From: Candidatus Nomurabacteria bacterium
GTDB lineage: Bacteria; Patescibacteriota; Minisyncoccia; Phycocordibacterales; UBA9973
DNA length: 64,000 nt
NCBI GenBank assembly: GCA_023267215.1
Contig: JAHFNS010000002.1
Span: 128,892 to 192,891, forward strand
Direction of reading: 5' to 3'
The stretch's first letter is position 1; each line of letters opens with the position of its first letter. Below are positions 54,907-64,000 of this stretch, piece by piece. The translations under genes were made by a program, and so were the position numbers. Under the pieces are notes generated by a model. It saw nothing but the letters and a program-made list of their open reading frames with translations. It had not been told where the DNA came from and ran no database searches.

Positions 54907-55641
54907 GTGAAAAAAATAATTATTTTTCTTGTTGTCCTATTGGGGACAACTTTAGCCCAAAAAGAATCACTGGAAACAAAAATGTTTTTCCCAACGAGAG
55001 AAGCAGCGGAAAAAGCATTTTATTCGGGTGATTTCCGATATTATTTATCGGACCCTAAAAACATAAAAAGCTATCCACCATTTTCTGCAAAAGGTCTTCC
55101 AAGATCTTATGTAGTTCTGGAGGTTGTTAGAGAAAATTCTGGAAAGTCGCCTGCATGGGTATTACTCGCCCCAGGTACACCATCAGTATTTAATTTCCAC
55201 GGAGTACCAATTCAAGATGGACGGTGTTGGAATAAAATTCTTGAAGCTTATCCCGTTCTACTTAATGGACGAGATGGTAAGGACGGAATTAATGGAAAAG
55301 ATGGACAAAATGGTAAAGATGGACCTCCTGGGAAAGATGGAGAAATAGTAATCATTCCATCAGAAGACAATACTCCTTCCAACTGGACAATTTGGAAAAC
55401 TCTTACCACTGGAGGAGCAGGAATTGGAGGATATTTTATTGGTCATAATAATTTTAAAAAAACGATCACTAATATAACAAGAATTCCACCGGTCGCAGTA
55501 CAAACCGGCAACGGGACAATAATCTATGGTCCTGAACGTGTAAATGTTAGTACTAGTAATGAATTTAATGAACCTATAGCAATAATGTGTGGTTTATTAA
55601 GTGCAGGAGTTACTTTCCTGCTAAATTGGTTCGTGTTTTAA
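54907..55641 (+). CDS. Collagen-like (GXY)9 repeat protein with signal peptide and C-terminal hydrophobic anchor
   Basis: GRDGKDGINGKDGQNGKDGPPGKDGE run of GXY triplets. N-terminal signal peptide; C-terminal TM. Confidence 0.6.
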   Translation: MKKIIIFLVVLLGTTLAQKESLETKMFFPTREAAEKAFYSGDFRYYLSDPKNIKSYPPFSAKGLPRSYVVLEVVRENSGKSPAWVLLAPGTPSVFNFHGVPIQDGRCWNKILEAYPVLLNGRDGKDGINGKDGQNGKDGPPGKDGEIVIIPSEDNTPSNWTIWKTLTTGGAGIGGYFIGHNNFKKTITNITRIPPVAVQTGNGTIIYGPERVNVSTSNEFNEPIAIMCGLLSAGVTFLLNWFVF

Positions 55642-55777
55642 ATCATTTAGTGTGGAGGTTTTATTCTTTTTTAAGATTAACTCTTCCACAGCTTTTCAAA
55701 GTTATTGATATTTTTAGATAAATGTGGATAATTTTGAAGAGCTAAAAAACTCTTTTAAAATAGTAATAATAAAAATT

Positions 55778-58759
55778 ATGAATAAAAAAATAAAACTGAC
55801 AATATTAGGTATCTTAACTCTCGTTGGGCTTTTTACTAGTATAAATATAACTTCTGCTGGTAGAACTCCAATAGTTACTTGCAACAGTGCTACTATTTAT
55901 GGAACTGTCTGGCCAAACAATACTACAGTGAGTGCTTGGTTTGAATGGGGAAATAACATATCAACAGTTCAAAATGGAGGTGGAACTAAAATTGGATTTC
56001 AACAAGTTAATAATACCACTGAACTCAGTGCAAATTTGTCAGGACTAAATCAAAATACAACTTATTATTACAGATTGGTTGTTCAAAGTGGTAGTGATTA
56101 CATTCCTGCCACAACCGAATCCTTTTCTACTACTACTTGCCAAATTGTAAACCCTCCCGTCAATGGTGGCTGGAGTGACTGGAGTTCAAAAGATAATTCT
56201 TGTGGTGTTTCCGGAGTTCAAACTCGCTCTTGTACAAACCCTACTCCAGCTAATGGTGGAGCATATTGTTCCGGTCCTTCTACTCAAACATATACAAATC
56301 CACAATGTCCTATTATAAATACTCCCGTCAATGGAGGATGGAGTGACTGGAGTTCAAAAGATAATTCCTGTGGTATTTCCGGAGTTCAAACTCGTAGTTG
56401 TAATAACCCAACTCCAGCTTACGGAGGAGCATATTGCTCAGGCCCTTCTTATCAATCATATACAAATCCAGTATGTCCTAATTTAATTTTACCTCCTGTT
56501 GTTTCATTAACAGCAACTCCGACATCAGTATCTTACGGTGGTTCTTCTACTTTATCTTGGAACTCAACAAACAATCCATCATGTATCGCCAATGGTGGTT
56601 GGTCAGGGCAAAAAGCAATGAGGGGCAATGAGTCAACTGGCGCTTTGAATTTCAATACTACTTATAATATTACATGTACAAACAGTGCAGGCTCAGACAG
56701 TAAATCAGTCACAGTGAGTGTTTTACAACAACCGGTTATTCAAAATCCAAGTGGAACAATCTATGCCTCTTCTTGTTTTATACAACTTAATCAATCTACT
56801 TGTGAATCAAAAGTTTCTTGGAATACTTATAATTTAACTCCCGGAGCCTTGACAGCTGTCACCAGAAGCAATCCACCCGTAACAGTATTTACCACGACAT
56901 CCGGAAATAATTTAAGTGATTATATAAATTATGGAAACAGTATTTATTTCTTATATCACAATCAGCAACAGTTGGCATCCGCCCCAGTAAATGCCTCTTG
57001 TGTCTCTGGCACTACTTATATTGGAGGTATTTGTATAGCTCCTGTTGTAAATTATCCTGTAAATGGTGGTTGGGGACCTTGGAGTTCTAAAGATAATTCT
57101 TGTGGAGCGTCTGGAATCCAAATCCGTAGTTGTAATAATCCTAGCCCAGCAAATGGTGGACTAGATTGTTCTGGTTTATCTTCTCAATCATATACAAATC
57201 CGGCTTGTCCTATTACCCAAACTCCCGTCAACGGTGGTTGGGGAGCTTGGAGTTCTAAAGATAATTCTTGTGGTATTTCCGGAGTTCAAACTCGTAGTTG
57301 TAATAATCCTTATCCAGCAAATGGCGGACTAGATTGTTTAGGTACCTCTTCTCGAACTTATACAAATCCACAATGCCCTATCACTCAAACTCCCGTAAAC
57401 GGTGGTTGGGGAGCTTGGAGTACAAAAGATAATTCTTGTGGAGCTTCTGGGATTCAAACTCGTAGTTGTAATAATCCTAGTCCATCAAATGGTGGGCTAG
57501 ATTGTTCAGGAGCTTCTACTCAAACATACGTAAATCCTCAATGTTCTTATCCTGTTTACACTTGCCAAGATTATTCCGCTACAAATTATGGAGGTTCTTT
57601 ACCTTGTAATTATTATCAAGCTCCTTTAGTTTGCCAAGATCCAAGTGCTACCAACTACAGAGGTGGTTTACCTTGTAATTATTACAATAATTATATTCAA
57701 ACCTGCCAGGATCCTTCTGCAACAAATTATCGTGGGACATTGCCTTGTAATTATTATTACCAACCTATTTTAACTTGCCAAGATCCTTCTGCCTTAAATT
57801 ACAGAGGAACACTTCCTTGCACGTATAATACATATATTAACAATAAACCAACTGTAAATATTTCTACAGATCAAAGTACTGTATCCTTTAATGGAACTAC
57901 TTTTGTTCGTTGGTATACAACCAATGCAACCTCTTGTTATGCAAGTGATGGATCTATCGGTTGGGCAGGAGCAAAAAGCATTGGACCAGGAAGTTTTTAC
58001 ACAGGATCATTAACTTCTGGTAAAACTTACACTATTACTTGTACAAACAGTTTTGGGTCTGCGACTGATAGCACAAATGTATCTGTTCGTTCTCAAACCA
58101 CAACAACAATCACAACCAGACGTGCTCCAACTTCTCTCGTACTTATTACCTCTTCTGTAGATCGTAATCAACCAATAGTGCCTACCATAGACAATACTAG
58201 ACCAAAACCAGGAGATGAAATCAATTACACCGTAAATTATCAAAATATCGGCACAGGATCTATCACTAGTCTCAATCTAAGAGTAGACCTCCCTTACGAA
58301 GTAAATTACATATTGTCTAATCCAAACAATCCAACCATTTCTGGTAATACTTTAATTTTCAATTTAGGAACCCTAAAAGCAAACGGACAAGGCACGGTGA
58401 CAATAAGAGTGCGAGTACGAGAAAACATACCAGCCGGAACAAATTTAAATTTCCCTGCTACTTTGAGTTATGTTGACCCAGGAGGTCAACCACAATCAGT
58501 AATGGCTAATGTCTCTGCTCAAGTTTGGAGTGAACCACCAATAACACAACTGGTAAATCCAAACGACAAAGAAACAGTACAATTAGGAGCACTCGCTTTC
58601 CTGTTTGGTAACAGTTTTGTTCCAAGCACACTAATAGGATGGCTTCTTATTATTCTATTAATTACTCTGGTTGTTTTAGCCGTAAGAAAAGCGTACTACG
58701 GACCAAATGCAATTTTTGTTCCACAAACTTTAGAAAAAAGTAAAAAAATAAATGGATAA
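55778..58759 (+). CDS. Large surface protein with 5 thrombospondin type-1-like repeats, Cys-rich 24-aa repeats, Ig-like domains, a DUF11-like domain and a C-terminal TM anchor
   Basis: Five repeats of VNGGW(S/G)xWSSKDNSCG.SG.QTRSCNNP.PANGG..CSG.S.Q.YTNP.CP (WSxWS and CS.TCG-like core). Four repeats of CQDPSATNYRG.LPCNYY. DUF11-like segment (INYTVNYQNIGTGS...GTVTIRVRV). The start is probably the Met at 55778. Confidence 0.7.
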   Translation: MNKKIKLTILGILTLVGLFTSINITSAGRTPIVTCNSATIYGTVWPNNTTVSAWFEWGNNISTVQNGGGTKIGFQQVNNTTELSANLSGLNQNTTYYYRLVVQSGSDYIPATTESFSTTTCQIVNPPVNGGWSDWSSKDNSCGVSGVQTRSCTNPTPANGGAYCSGPSTQTYTNPQCPIINTPVNGGWSDWSSKDNSCGISGVQTRSCNNPTPAYGGAYCSGPSYQSYTNPVCPNLILPPVVSLTATPTSVSYGGSSTLSWNSTNNPSCIANGGWSGQKAMRGNESTGALNFNTTYNITCTNSAGSDSKSVTVSVLQQPVIQNPSGTIYASSCFIQLNQSTCESKVSWNTYNLTPGALTAVTRSNPPVTVFTTTSGNNLSDYINYGNSIYFLYHNQQQLASAPVNASCVSGTTYIGGICIAPVVNYPVNGGWGPWSSKDNSCGASGIQIRSCNNPSPANGGLDCSGLSSQSYTNPACPITQTPVNGGWGAWSSKDNSCGISGVQTRSCNNPYPANGGLDCLGTSSRTYTNPQCPITQTPVNGGWGAWSTKDNSCGASGIQTRSCNNPSPSNGGLDCSGASTQTYVNPQCSYPVYTCQDYSATNYGGSLPCNYYQAPLVCQDPSATNYRGGLPCNYYNNYIQTCQDPSATNYRGTLPCNYYYQPILTCQDPSALNYRGTLPCTYNTYINNKPTVNISTDQSTVSFNGTTFVRWYTTNATSCYASDGSIGWAGAKSIGPGSFYTGSLTSGKTYTITCTNSFGSATDSTNVSVRSQTTTTITTRRAPTSLVLITSSVDRNQPIVPTIDNTRPKPGDEINYTVNYQNIGTGSITSLNLRVDLPYEVNYILSNPNNPTISGNTLIFNLGTLKANGQGTVTIRVRVRENIPAGTNLNFPATLSYVDPGGQPQSVMANVSAQVWSEPPITQLVNPNDKETVQLGALAFLFGNSFVPSTLIGWLLIILLITLVVLAVRKAYYGPNAIFVPQTLEKSKKING

Positions 58760-59417
58760 AGTTAGTATACGGATAAATAAATATTTAGCTTTAAAAAAAA
58801 TCTCCACAAGAAAAGGGGCTGATGAACTAGTGAAAAAAAAGAAAGTTTTTATAAATGGTAAATTGGCCGTACTTGGTAGTCAAGTAAATGAAAACGATAA
58901 AGTAGAAGTAAAAGGTGTAGAAAAAAAAGAATATCTTTACTTCGCCTATAATAAACCAACAGATGTGGAAACAAATTCTCCTAAAAAAGACCTCTTCCCT
59001 TTAGGGAGACTGGATAAAAATTCGCATGGACTCATAATTCTTACTAATGATGGAAGAATTACAGATCAACTATTAAATCCAAAGTTTTCTCATGAAAAAG
59101 AATATTTAGTAAAAACAAAAGAAAAATTACGCTCAAGTTTTAAACAAAAAATGGAAGCTGGGGTTAATATTGAAGGATATGTCACTAAAAAATGTGCTGT
59201 AAAAATAATAAATGAAAATACTTTTAAAGTGATATTAACTGAAGGAAAAAAACATCAAATCAGGAGAATGTGCGCAAATCTTTTCCAAGAAGTGGCTGAC
59301 CTAAAAAGAGAAAGAATTATGAATATTAAACTCGGAAGCCTCAAATCGGGGGCTTTTAGAGAGATAAAAGGTGAAGAATTAGTGGTATTCCTAGATAAAG
59401 TGCTTAAACAAGCTTAA
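58752..59417 (+). CDS. Pseudouridine synthase, RsuA/RluB family (S4 domain + catalytic domain)
   Basis: An S4-like N-terminal (INKYLA...) and an RLDKNSHGLIILTNDG catalytic Asp motif. Confidence 0.8.
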   Translation: MDKVSIRINKYLALKKISTRKGADELVKKKKVFINGKLAVLGSQVNENDKVEVKGVEKKEYLYFAYNKPTDVETNSPKKDLFPLGRLDKNSHGLIILTNDGRITDQLLNPKFSHEKEYLVKTKEKLRSSFKQKMEAGVNIEGYVTKKCAVKIINENTFKVILTEGKKHQIRRMCANLFQEVADLKRERIMNIKLGSLKSGAFREIKGEELVVFLDKVLKQA

Positions 59418-59531
59418 AAAACCTTGACAAATAACTTCTAATATACTATACTTAATAAACAAATAGGTGCGAAAAGAGTCGATTTCTAAAGCAATCTTAC
59501 TTTGTATTTAACAATCTAATCAAAAAAATCA

Positions 59532-59729
59532 ATGACTGGTACAATAAAAAGACTCACTGATAAAGGTTTCGGTTTCATCACAGGAGAAGGACTACAGAAA
59601 GATTTATTCTTTCATAGTAATTCTCTAGTTGGTGTAAGCTTCGACGAACTTCATGAAGGTGATACTGTTTCTTTTGAAACAGAGGAATCTCCAAAAGGTT
59701 TGAATGCTACAAACGTACAACGTGCGTAA
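59532..59729 (+). CDS. Cold-shock protein (CspA family)
   Basis: GTIKRLTDKGFGFITGEG...FFH RNP1/RNP2 motifs. Confidence 0.85.
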   Translation: MTGTIKRLTDKGFGFITGEGLQKDLFFHSNSLVGVSFDELHEGDTVSFETEESPKGLNATNVQRA

Positions 59730-59745
59730 TATTCACTTTATCTAA

Positions 59746-59777
59746 ATAAAAAAAGCCCCACTTGGGGCTTTTTTTAT
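59746..59777. terminator. Bidirectional rho-independent terminator (csp / rpsT)
   Basis: AGCCCCA-CTT-GGGGCT flanked by A7 and T7 runs. Confidence 0.65.
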
Positions 59778-59784
59778 TGTAAAT

Positions 59785-60036
59785 TTATTTAACTAATTTT
59801 GATAAACGAGATTTCTTACGAGCAGCATTATTCTTTTTTATAACACCCTTTTTTGCTGTCTTATCTATAATAGCAAAAGCAGAACTTAACAACTTCCCTG
59901 CTTCCTTCTTATCTGTCTTCGCAGTTTTCTCAATCTTTTTAATTACGTCTTTCATGGCATGCTTTTGACGATCGTTAAAAGCCTTCTTGCGAAGTGACCC
60001 ACGAATTGCTTTTTTAGCTGATTTTATGATTGGCAT
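59785..60036 (-). CDS. rpsT: 30S ribosomal protein S20
   Basis: MPIIKSAKKAIRGSLRKKAFNDRQKHAMK... S20 pattern. The ORF-track start at 60072 adds 12 residues that overlap ruvA upstream; the Met at 60036 is more likely. Confidence 0.8.
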   Translation of the reverse strand: MPIIKSAKKAIRGSLRKKAFNDRQKHAMKDVIKKIEKTAKTDKKEAGKLLSSAFAIIDKTAKKGVIKKNNAARKKSRLSKLVK

Positions 60037-60100
60037 ATATGCTAATCTAACAGAAAACTCCCCAAAATGCAAACCTCTATATAAATGCTATAATAAAGCT

Positions 60101-60679
60101 ATGATTGGAAGCATAAAAGGGAAAATAATCTTAAAAACTGACAAGTTTTTGATAGTGGAAACAGGTGGCGTTGGTTATAAAACAAACGTCTCACCAGATA
60201 CTTTATCTAAATTAAAAAATCCAAAAGATGACGTGTTTTTCTTCATACATACTCACGTAAGAGAAGATGCTCTTGATCTTTATGGGTTTTTAAATCAAGA
60301 AGAATTAGAATTTTTTGAAATGCTTATAAATGTCTCCGGCATCGGACCAAAAGGCGCACTAGGTATTTTAGGAATCGCTTCTATCGAAACATTAAAAAGA
60401 GCAATAGGCACAGGAGACACAGCATACCTCACAAAAATTTCTGGCATCGGTAGAAAAACTGCAGAAAAAATAGTTATTGAACTTCGAGACAAAATGCAAA
60501 ATAAAAATACAGAAGAAAAAGGTGGCACTTCCCTTCGAGATGAGCTCGATGCTCTAGAAGCATTGAAATCTCTCGGCTATTCTCAAAACGAAGCCCGTGA
60601 TGCTCTAAAAAAAATTTCTCCCGACGCAAATACGAATACAAAAATCCGTGAGGCTCTAAAAATTTTAGCTAATAAATAA
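60101..60679 (+). CDS. ruvA: Holliday junction DNA helicase RuvA
   Basis: MIGSIKGKI...VETGGVGY OB domain, two HhH motifs (GIGPKGA, GIGRKTA) and a C-terminal domain III. The internal Met at 60101 is taken as the start. Confidence 0.8.
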   Translation: MIGSIKGKIILKTDKFLIVETGGVGYKTNVSPDTLSKLKNPKDDVFFFIHTHVREDALDLYGFLNQEELEFFEMLINVSGIGPKGALGILGIASIETLKRAIGTGDTAYLTKISGIGRKTAEKIVIELRDKMQNKNTEEKGGTSLRDELDALEALKSLGYSQNEARDALKKISPDANTNTKIREALKILANK

Positions 60680-60775
60680 AAGATAAAATAATGCTTTTTT
60701 CGGCATACGCAATATTAATTTCGTAAACCATTGTCAGGTTCGAGTGCGAGCCGTGAAAAAGTATTATTTTATCTT

Positions 60776-61618
60776 TTATTTCCCAAAAAAATAATTTTTC
60801 AAACCACTAAAAGTAAGATTAGCCATATTGGTATACATTTGGTGACGTGCGAGACTGTTACCAAATCTATAAATATAACCATATTCTATAAGTACAGATT
60901 TTACACTCTTTAAAAGAGTGCCGTTAGAACCTAAAGCGATCAAACTCTGGTCAGGGGTCAACCCTTCTAATTCTTTTTCATAAGTACTTGGAATATACTT
61001 TTTTGAAATTTGTGAAAAAATGCTTTTCGCTAATTTTGTACTCTCTTTAGAATTAACCATCTGTTCTTCTGGCATATAAACAGTAAAACCTTTATAAATA
61101 CCTTTAGCCCATGTATTCTCACGTGGATAATCATTAAAATGAATATGTATGACAGCATCTATTTTATTTTCATCTGCCCATTTATTTATGCCATACAACC
61201 TAAGAGCAACATCTTCGGTAGCTTTATTGTGTACCACTTCTATTTTTTTAACAAAACTTCCATTATTAATTTTATCTTGCATATTTTTTTTAGCATTTTC
61301 TTCAAAAGAAATAATCTCTGGTTGATGAAAAGAAAAATAATTAGTAAATTCTGTCGTATAACCAAGAACATCGCGAGTAATATAAACTTTAAATCTTTTA
61401 TCCTTTTTGAGGATATTATAAATTTTTGTTGCCAATACTAAATTCATATCTGCTTCTTTTAGGTTTCCATATTGTGAACCCCATATTTCATCATCATGTC
61501 CAGGAACTAAGAGAATTTTAATAGTATCTTTTTGTGTTGAGACAACAGCAAAAACATCATGTGGTACAAGAAAAATTAAGACAAAAAATATGAACAATGT
61601 GATGAAAATCTTTTTCAT
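60776..61618 (-). CDS. N-acetylmuramoyl-L-alanine amidase (Amidase_3/CwlD-like)
   Basis: Signal peptide, then ILLVPGHD...E..NL.LA..I...L......VYITRD and IHFN motifs of zinc amidase_3. Confidence 0.7.
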   Translation of the reverse strand: MKKIFITLFIFFVLIFLVPHDVFAVVSTQKDTIKILLVPGHDDEIWGSQYGNLKEADMNLVLATKIYNILKKDKRFKVYITRDVLGYTTEFTNYFSFHQPEIISFEENAKKNMQDKINNGSFVKKIEVVHNKATEDVALRLYGINKWADENKIDAVIHIHFNDYPRENTWAKGIYKGFTVYMPEEQMVNSKESTKLAKSIFSQISKKYIPSTYEKELEGLTPDQSLIALGSNGTLLKSVKSVLIEYGYIYRFGNSLARHQMYTNMANLTFSGLKNYFFGK

Positions 61619-61632
61619 TGTATAATCATAAC

Positions 61633-62499
61633 ATGCCAGAGCTACCAGAAGTAGAAACCACAGTTAGGGGATTAAAAAAGAAAATAATAGATCTTACTAT
61701 AAAAGACGTCTGGACAGACCTTGCCACAAAAGACAAACGTCAGCATGATGCGGTTGCAAATCCGAAGTATTTTTTGCTATTCAAAAAAGAAATTTTGAAT
61801 AAAAAAATTATCTCAGTAGAAAGACGAGCAAAAAATATTTTAATAAATCTGTCTGGTGGCCCCGCCAAGGACGGGGTAAAAAAAACAATATTGATTCATT
61901 TAAAAATGACTGGGCATTTACTTTTTAATAACAAAGATAAATTTATACATCTTCTTTTTACCCTCTCTGGTAAAAATTATTTAGCTTTTTCTGATATTCG
62001 TAAGTTTGGCAAAATAACTTTACTTGATACAAAAACTGCTCATGATACAAGACATTTAAACAATATTGGCCCAGAACCCTTGGATAAAAATTTTACTTGG
62101 CAAAAATTAAAAGAAAGATTAATTAAAAAGCCACAGGGTAAAATAAAGACCGTTTTAATGGATCAATCTCTCCTCTCGGGTATCGGTAATATTTATTCTG
62201 ATGAAATACTTTGGCAGGCAGGAATCCATCCGGAAAGAAAAATAAAAGATATAAAAGATGAAGAATTTAAAAAAATATTTACTGCAATGCAAACTATTTT
62301 AAAGAAAAGTATTAGCTTGGGTGGAGATTCAATGTCTGATTATATAAATCTATTTGGCAAAAAAGGTAAATTCCAGCTTTGCCATAATGCCTACAGACGC
62401 ACAGGAGAAAAATGTGGAAAGAAAAACTGTAAAGGCATTATTCTAAGAAAAATAATAAATGGTCGCAGCGCACATTTTTGCTCAGTGCATCAAAAATAA
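61633..62499 (+). CDS. mutM: Formamidopyrimidine-DNA glycosylase
   Basis: N-terminal MPELPEVE catalytic Pro, H2TH motif, and a C-terminal zinc finger CxxC...CxxC. Confidence 0.85.
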   Translation: MPELPEVETTVRGLKKKIIDLTIKDVWTDLATKDKRQHDAVANPKYFLLFKKEILNKKIISVERRAKNILINLSGGPAKDGVKKTILIHLKMTGHLLFNNKDKFIHLLFTLSGKNYLAFSDIRKFGKITLLDTKTAHDTRHLNNIGPEPLDKNFTWQKLKERLIKKPQGKIKTVLMDQSLLSGIGNIYSDEILWQAGIHPERKIKDIKDEEFKKIFTAMQTILKKSISLGGDSMSDYINLFGKKGKFQLCHNAYRRTGEKCGKKNCKGIILRKIINGRSAHFCSVHQK

Positions 62500-62540
62500 A
62501 TTCATTATGAAAATAAATTTAAAAAAGGTAATATATTAAT

Positions 62541-63392
62541 ATGTTAGTATTTTTTAGTTATATATTTTATTTCATCGCTGCAAGTGCTTCCCCTCTCCAG
62601 AGACGTTGGCTTGCAACAAAGAAAAATGCGGACAACAAAGGCCAAATTCATTTTGCATTTCAAGTAACTTTTATTACTATCGTTTTAAGTTTAGTCTTGC
62701 CATTTTTTAGTACTTTCTATTTAGAAGGAAATCCTCTTTATCTGGTCGGACTTTCATTAGTTTGTGGAATCTTTGGTGCTGGATATTTTATTAGCTCATA
62801 CACAGCACAAAAACACGTAGAAGCAGGCGTTTCAACACTCGTAAGTAATATTTATACACCAATCACAATAGTTTTAGCCATGCTATTTTTAAACGAAAGT
62901 TTAACAACTATCCAAATTTTTGGAACAGTACTTTTGCTTGTTGGTATGGCCATTGTTTCAAAAAAACACAGAATAGGAAAATTTAAATTCGATAAATACT
63001 TTATGCTGATGATTCTCTCCGGCGTAATGCTTGGTGTTTCTCTCACAGCTGAACGAGCTCTAATGAAAATGACTGGATTTTCGGCTGGTACAATGCTTTC
63101 TTGGTGGGCACAATGTGCTTTCTTGGGAATAGCTACTATTGTCACAAAAAATAAAAGTGAGTATTCAAAAAAAGATATTACAATAACGGGAGTTTTACGA
63201 TTTCTTCAATCACTTTCATGGGTAATATTATTATTTGTTGTAGGAAATTTGAGTCTAGTGTCTGCAATTACTACATTTAAGGTTGTGATTATTTTTATAG
63301 CAGCAGCTTTGTTTCTTAAGGAACGTGAAGATCTTCTATTAAAAATTGCTGGTAGTATCATTGCTTTAACTGGTTTACTTTTAATGAAATAG
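62541..63392 (+). CDS. EamA/DMT-superfamily-like 10-TM permease
   Basis: Two repeated 5-TM halves, each ending in an EamA-like ..FLNE(S/R)L.....G..L...G motif. Confidence 0.5.
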   Translation: MLVFFSYIFYFIAASASPLQRRWLATKKNADNKGQIHFAFQVTFITIVLSLVLPFFSTFYLEGNPLYLVGLSLVCGIFGAGYFISSYTAQKHVEAGVSTLVSNIYTPITIVLAMLFLNESLTTIQIFGTVLLLVGMAIVSKKHRIGKFKFDKYFMLMILSGVMLGVSLTAERALMKMTGFSAGTMLSWWAQCAFLGIATIVTKNKSEYSKKDITITGVLRFLQSLSWVILLFVVGNLSLVSAITTFKVVIIFIAAALFLKEREDLLLKIAGSIIALTGLLLMK

Positions 63393-63555
63393 GGTTTTTA
63401 TATAAAATAAAGAAACATAAAATTTAGAAAGCCTTGCGCAGGAGCTTAGAAAATAAAGGAGGTATTCCGACTATTATTTTCTTGAGCGACGAGAAGTTCG
63501 CTGGCTAAGCAACGCCCAGATAGATTGCTTTATAAATTTTGATATTTCTTTATTT

Positions 63556-64000
63556 TTATATCTTCAATATCCCAAAAAGAGCAATTCCGCAAGCGACGGA
63601 GACGTTGAGCGACTCTTTTTTGCCTCGCATTGGAATTTCGGCAATTATGTCACATTTTGCAAGTATATTTTTTGGAATTCCCGTTACTTCTGCCCCCACA
63701 ATAAAAACATTTTTCTTTTGTAATTTCACTTTTTTATAATCAATAGATTTTTTATCTTGTTCTATGCCTATTATTAAATAATTCTCTTCTTTTAATTTTT
63801 TAAGTAGAGGTAGAATATTTTTTTTATACTCCCAAAATACAAATTCCTCAGCACCCAAAGATGATTTTGCTAAATCCCCCCTCTTCCTACCAAAACGGTC
63901 AAGTGGTGTGGGGGTGTAACCTGTTAAATAAATTTTATTAATACCAGCTGCATCAGCAGTCCGAAACATAGCGCCAACATTTGTGACACTCCTAATATCA
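63556..64000 (-). CDS. SpoU/TrmH-family RNA methyltransferase (5' end runs off the window)
   Basis: In-frame translation upstream of the listed Met continues as ..NVGAMFRTADAAG, the N.GAI.RTA motif, to the window edge. A C-terminal SLNVSVACGI motif is present. Confidence 0.65.
   Translation of the reverse strand, partial: DIRSVTNVGAMFRTADAAGINKIYLTGYTPTPLDRFGRKRGDLAKSSLGAEEFVFWEYKKNILPLLKKLKEENYLIIGIEQDKKSIDYKKVKLQKKNVFIVGAEVTGIPKNILAKCDIIAEIPMRGKKESLNVSVACGIALFGILKI

Noticed and set aside
59987-60100. 5' extension of ruvA (MRSDPRIAFLADF...)
   Set aside because: It overlaps rpsT on the opposite strand, and the canonical RuvA N-terminus begins at the internal MIGSIKGKI.
60690-60760. GGTTCGAGTGCGAG segment resembling a tRNA T-arm between ruvA and the amidase gene
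   Set aside because: No complementary acceptor stem and no anticodon arm could be folded. It is probably fortuitous.
63539-63739. 66-aa + strand ORF overlapping the TrmH-family gene
   Set aside because: It lies entirely antisense within a well-supported minus-strand CDS, and it is a low-complexity hydrophobic peptide with no SD.

Overview
AT-rich bacterial chromosomal window (roughly one-third GC by eye), densely coded and mostly on the minus strand. It contains lysine-rich terminal extensions on ribosomal proteins, many small membrane hypotheticals, homing-endonuclease genes beside tRNA genes, a PilM-like gene and a diversity-generating retroelement. These suggest a small-genome Patescibacteria/CPR-like organism; that is an inference, not a database result.

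Housekeeping content:
- rplD-rplC-rpsJ-tuf, rpsL-rpsG-fusA, secE-nusG-rplK, rpmB, rplS, rpsT, ruvA, ruvX, mutM, murB, tsaC/tsaE, cspA, and five tRNAs.
- A complete 7-gene pyrimidine operon (pyrC-carA-carB-pyrB-pyrD-pyrE-pyrF).
- A thymidylate/dNTP cluster: dCMP deaminase, thyA, tmk-like kinase, folA, mazG-like, 5'-deoxynucleotidase.
- A MacAB-like efflux cluster with an ECF sigma factor.

Most interesting features:
1. A complete DGR at about 13.6-16.2 kb. The reverse transcriptase has the DGR-specific GxxxSQ motif. A 111-nt TR/VR pair differs at 11 positions, every one a template adenine. The VR lies at the C-terminus of a 250-aa target protein. An Avd-like ORF is present. A G9 homopolymer sits at codons 3-5 of the RT, a candidate slipped-strand on/off switch. 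A hicBA module lies just downstream.
2. The DGR, hicBA, a hypothetical and the pyr operon lie between fusA and tuf, which are normally adjacent.
3. A GC-rich palindromic repeat family (CCTCACCCC box plus an 11-bp CCCCTCTCCTT/AAGGAGAGGGG hairpin). It occurs intergenically and also in frame inside pyrE, an RluA-family gene and folA, resembling Rickettsia palindromic elements. Two further GC-rich palindromic in-frame inserts are in pyrD and tsaE.
4. LAGLIDADG and HNH endonuclease genes abut three of the tRNA loci.
5. A roughly 1000-aa surface protein with five thrombospondin type-1-like repeats (WSxWS, CSVTCG-like cores), Cys-rich 24-aa repeats, a DUF11-like domain and a C-terminal TM anchor. A collagen-like GXY-repeat protein is adjacent.

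All calls come from reading the ORF translations and the sequence by eye. No searches were run.
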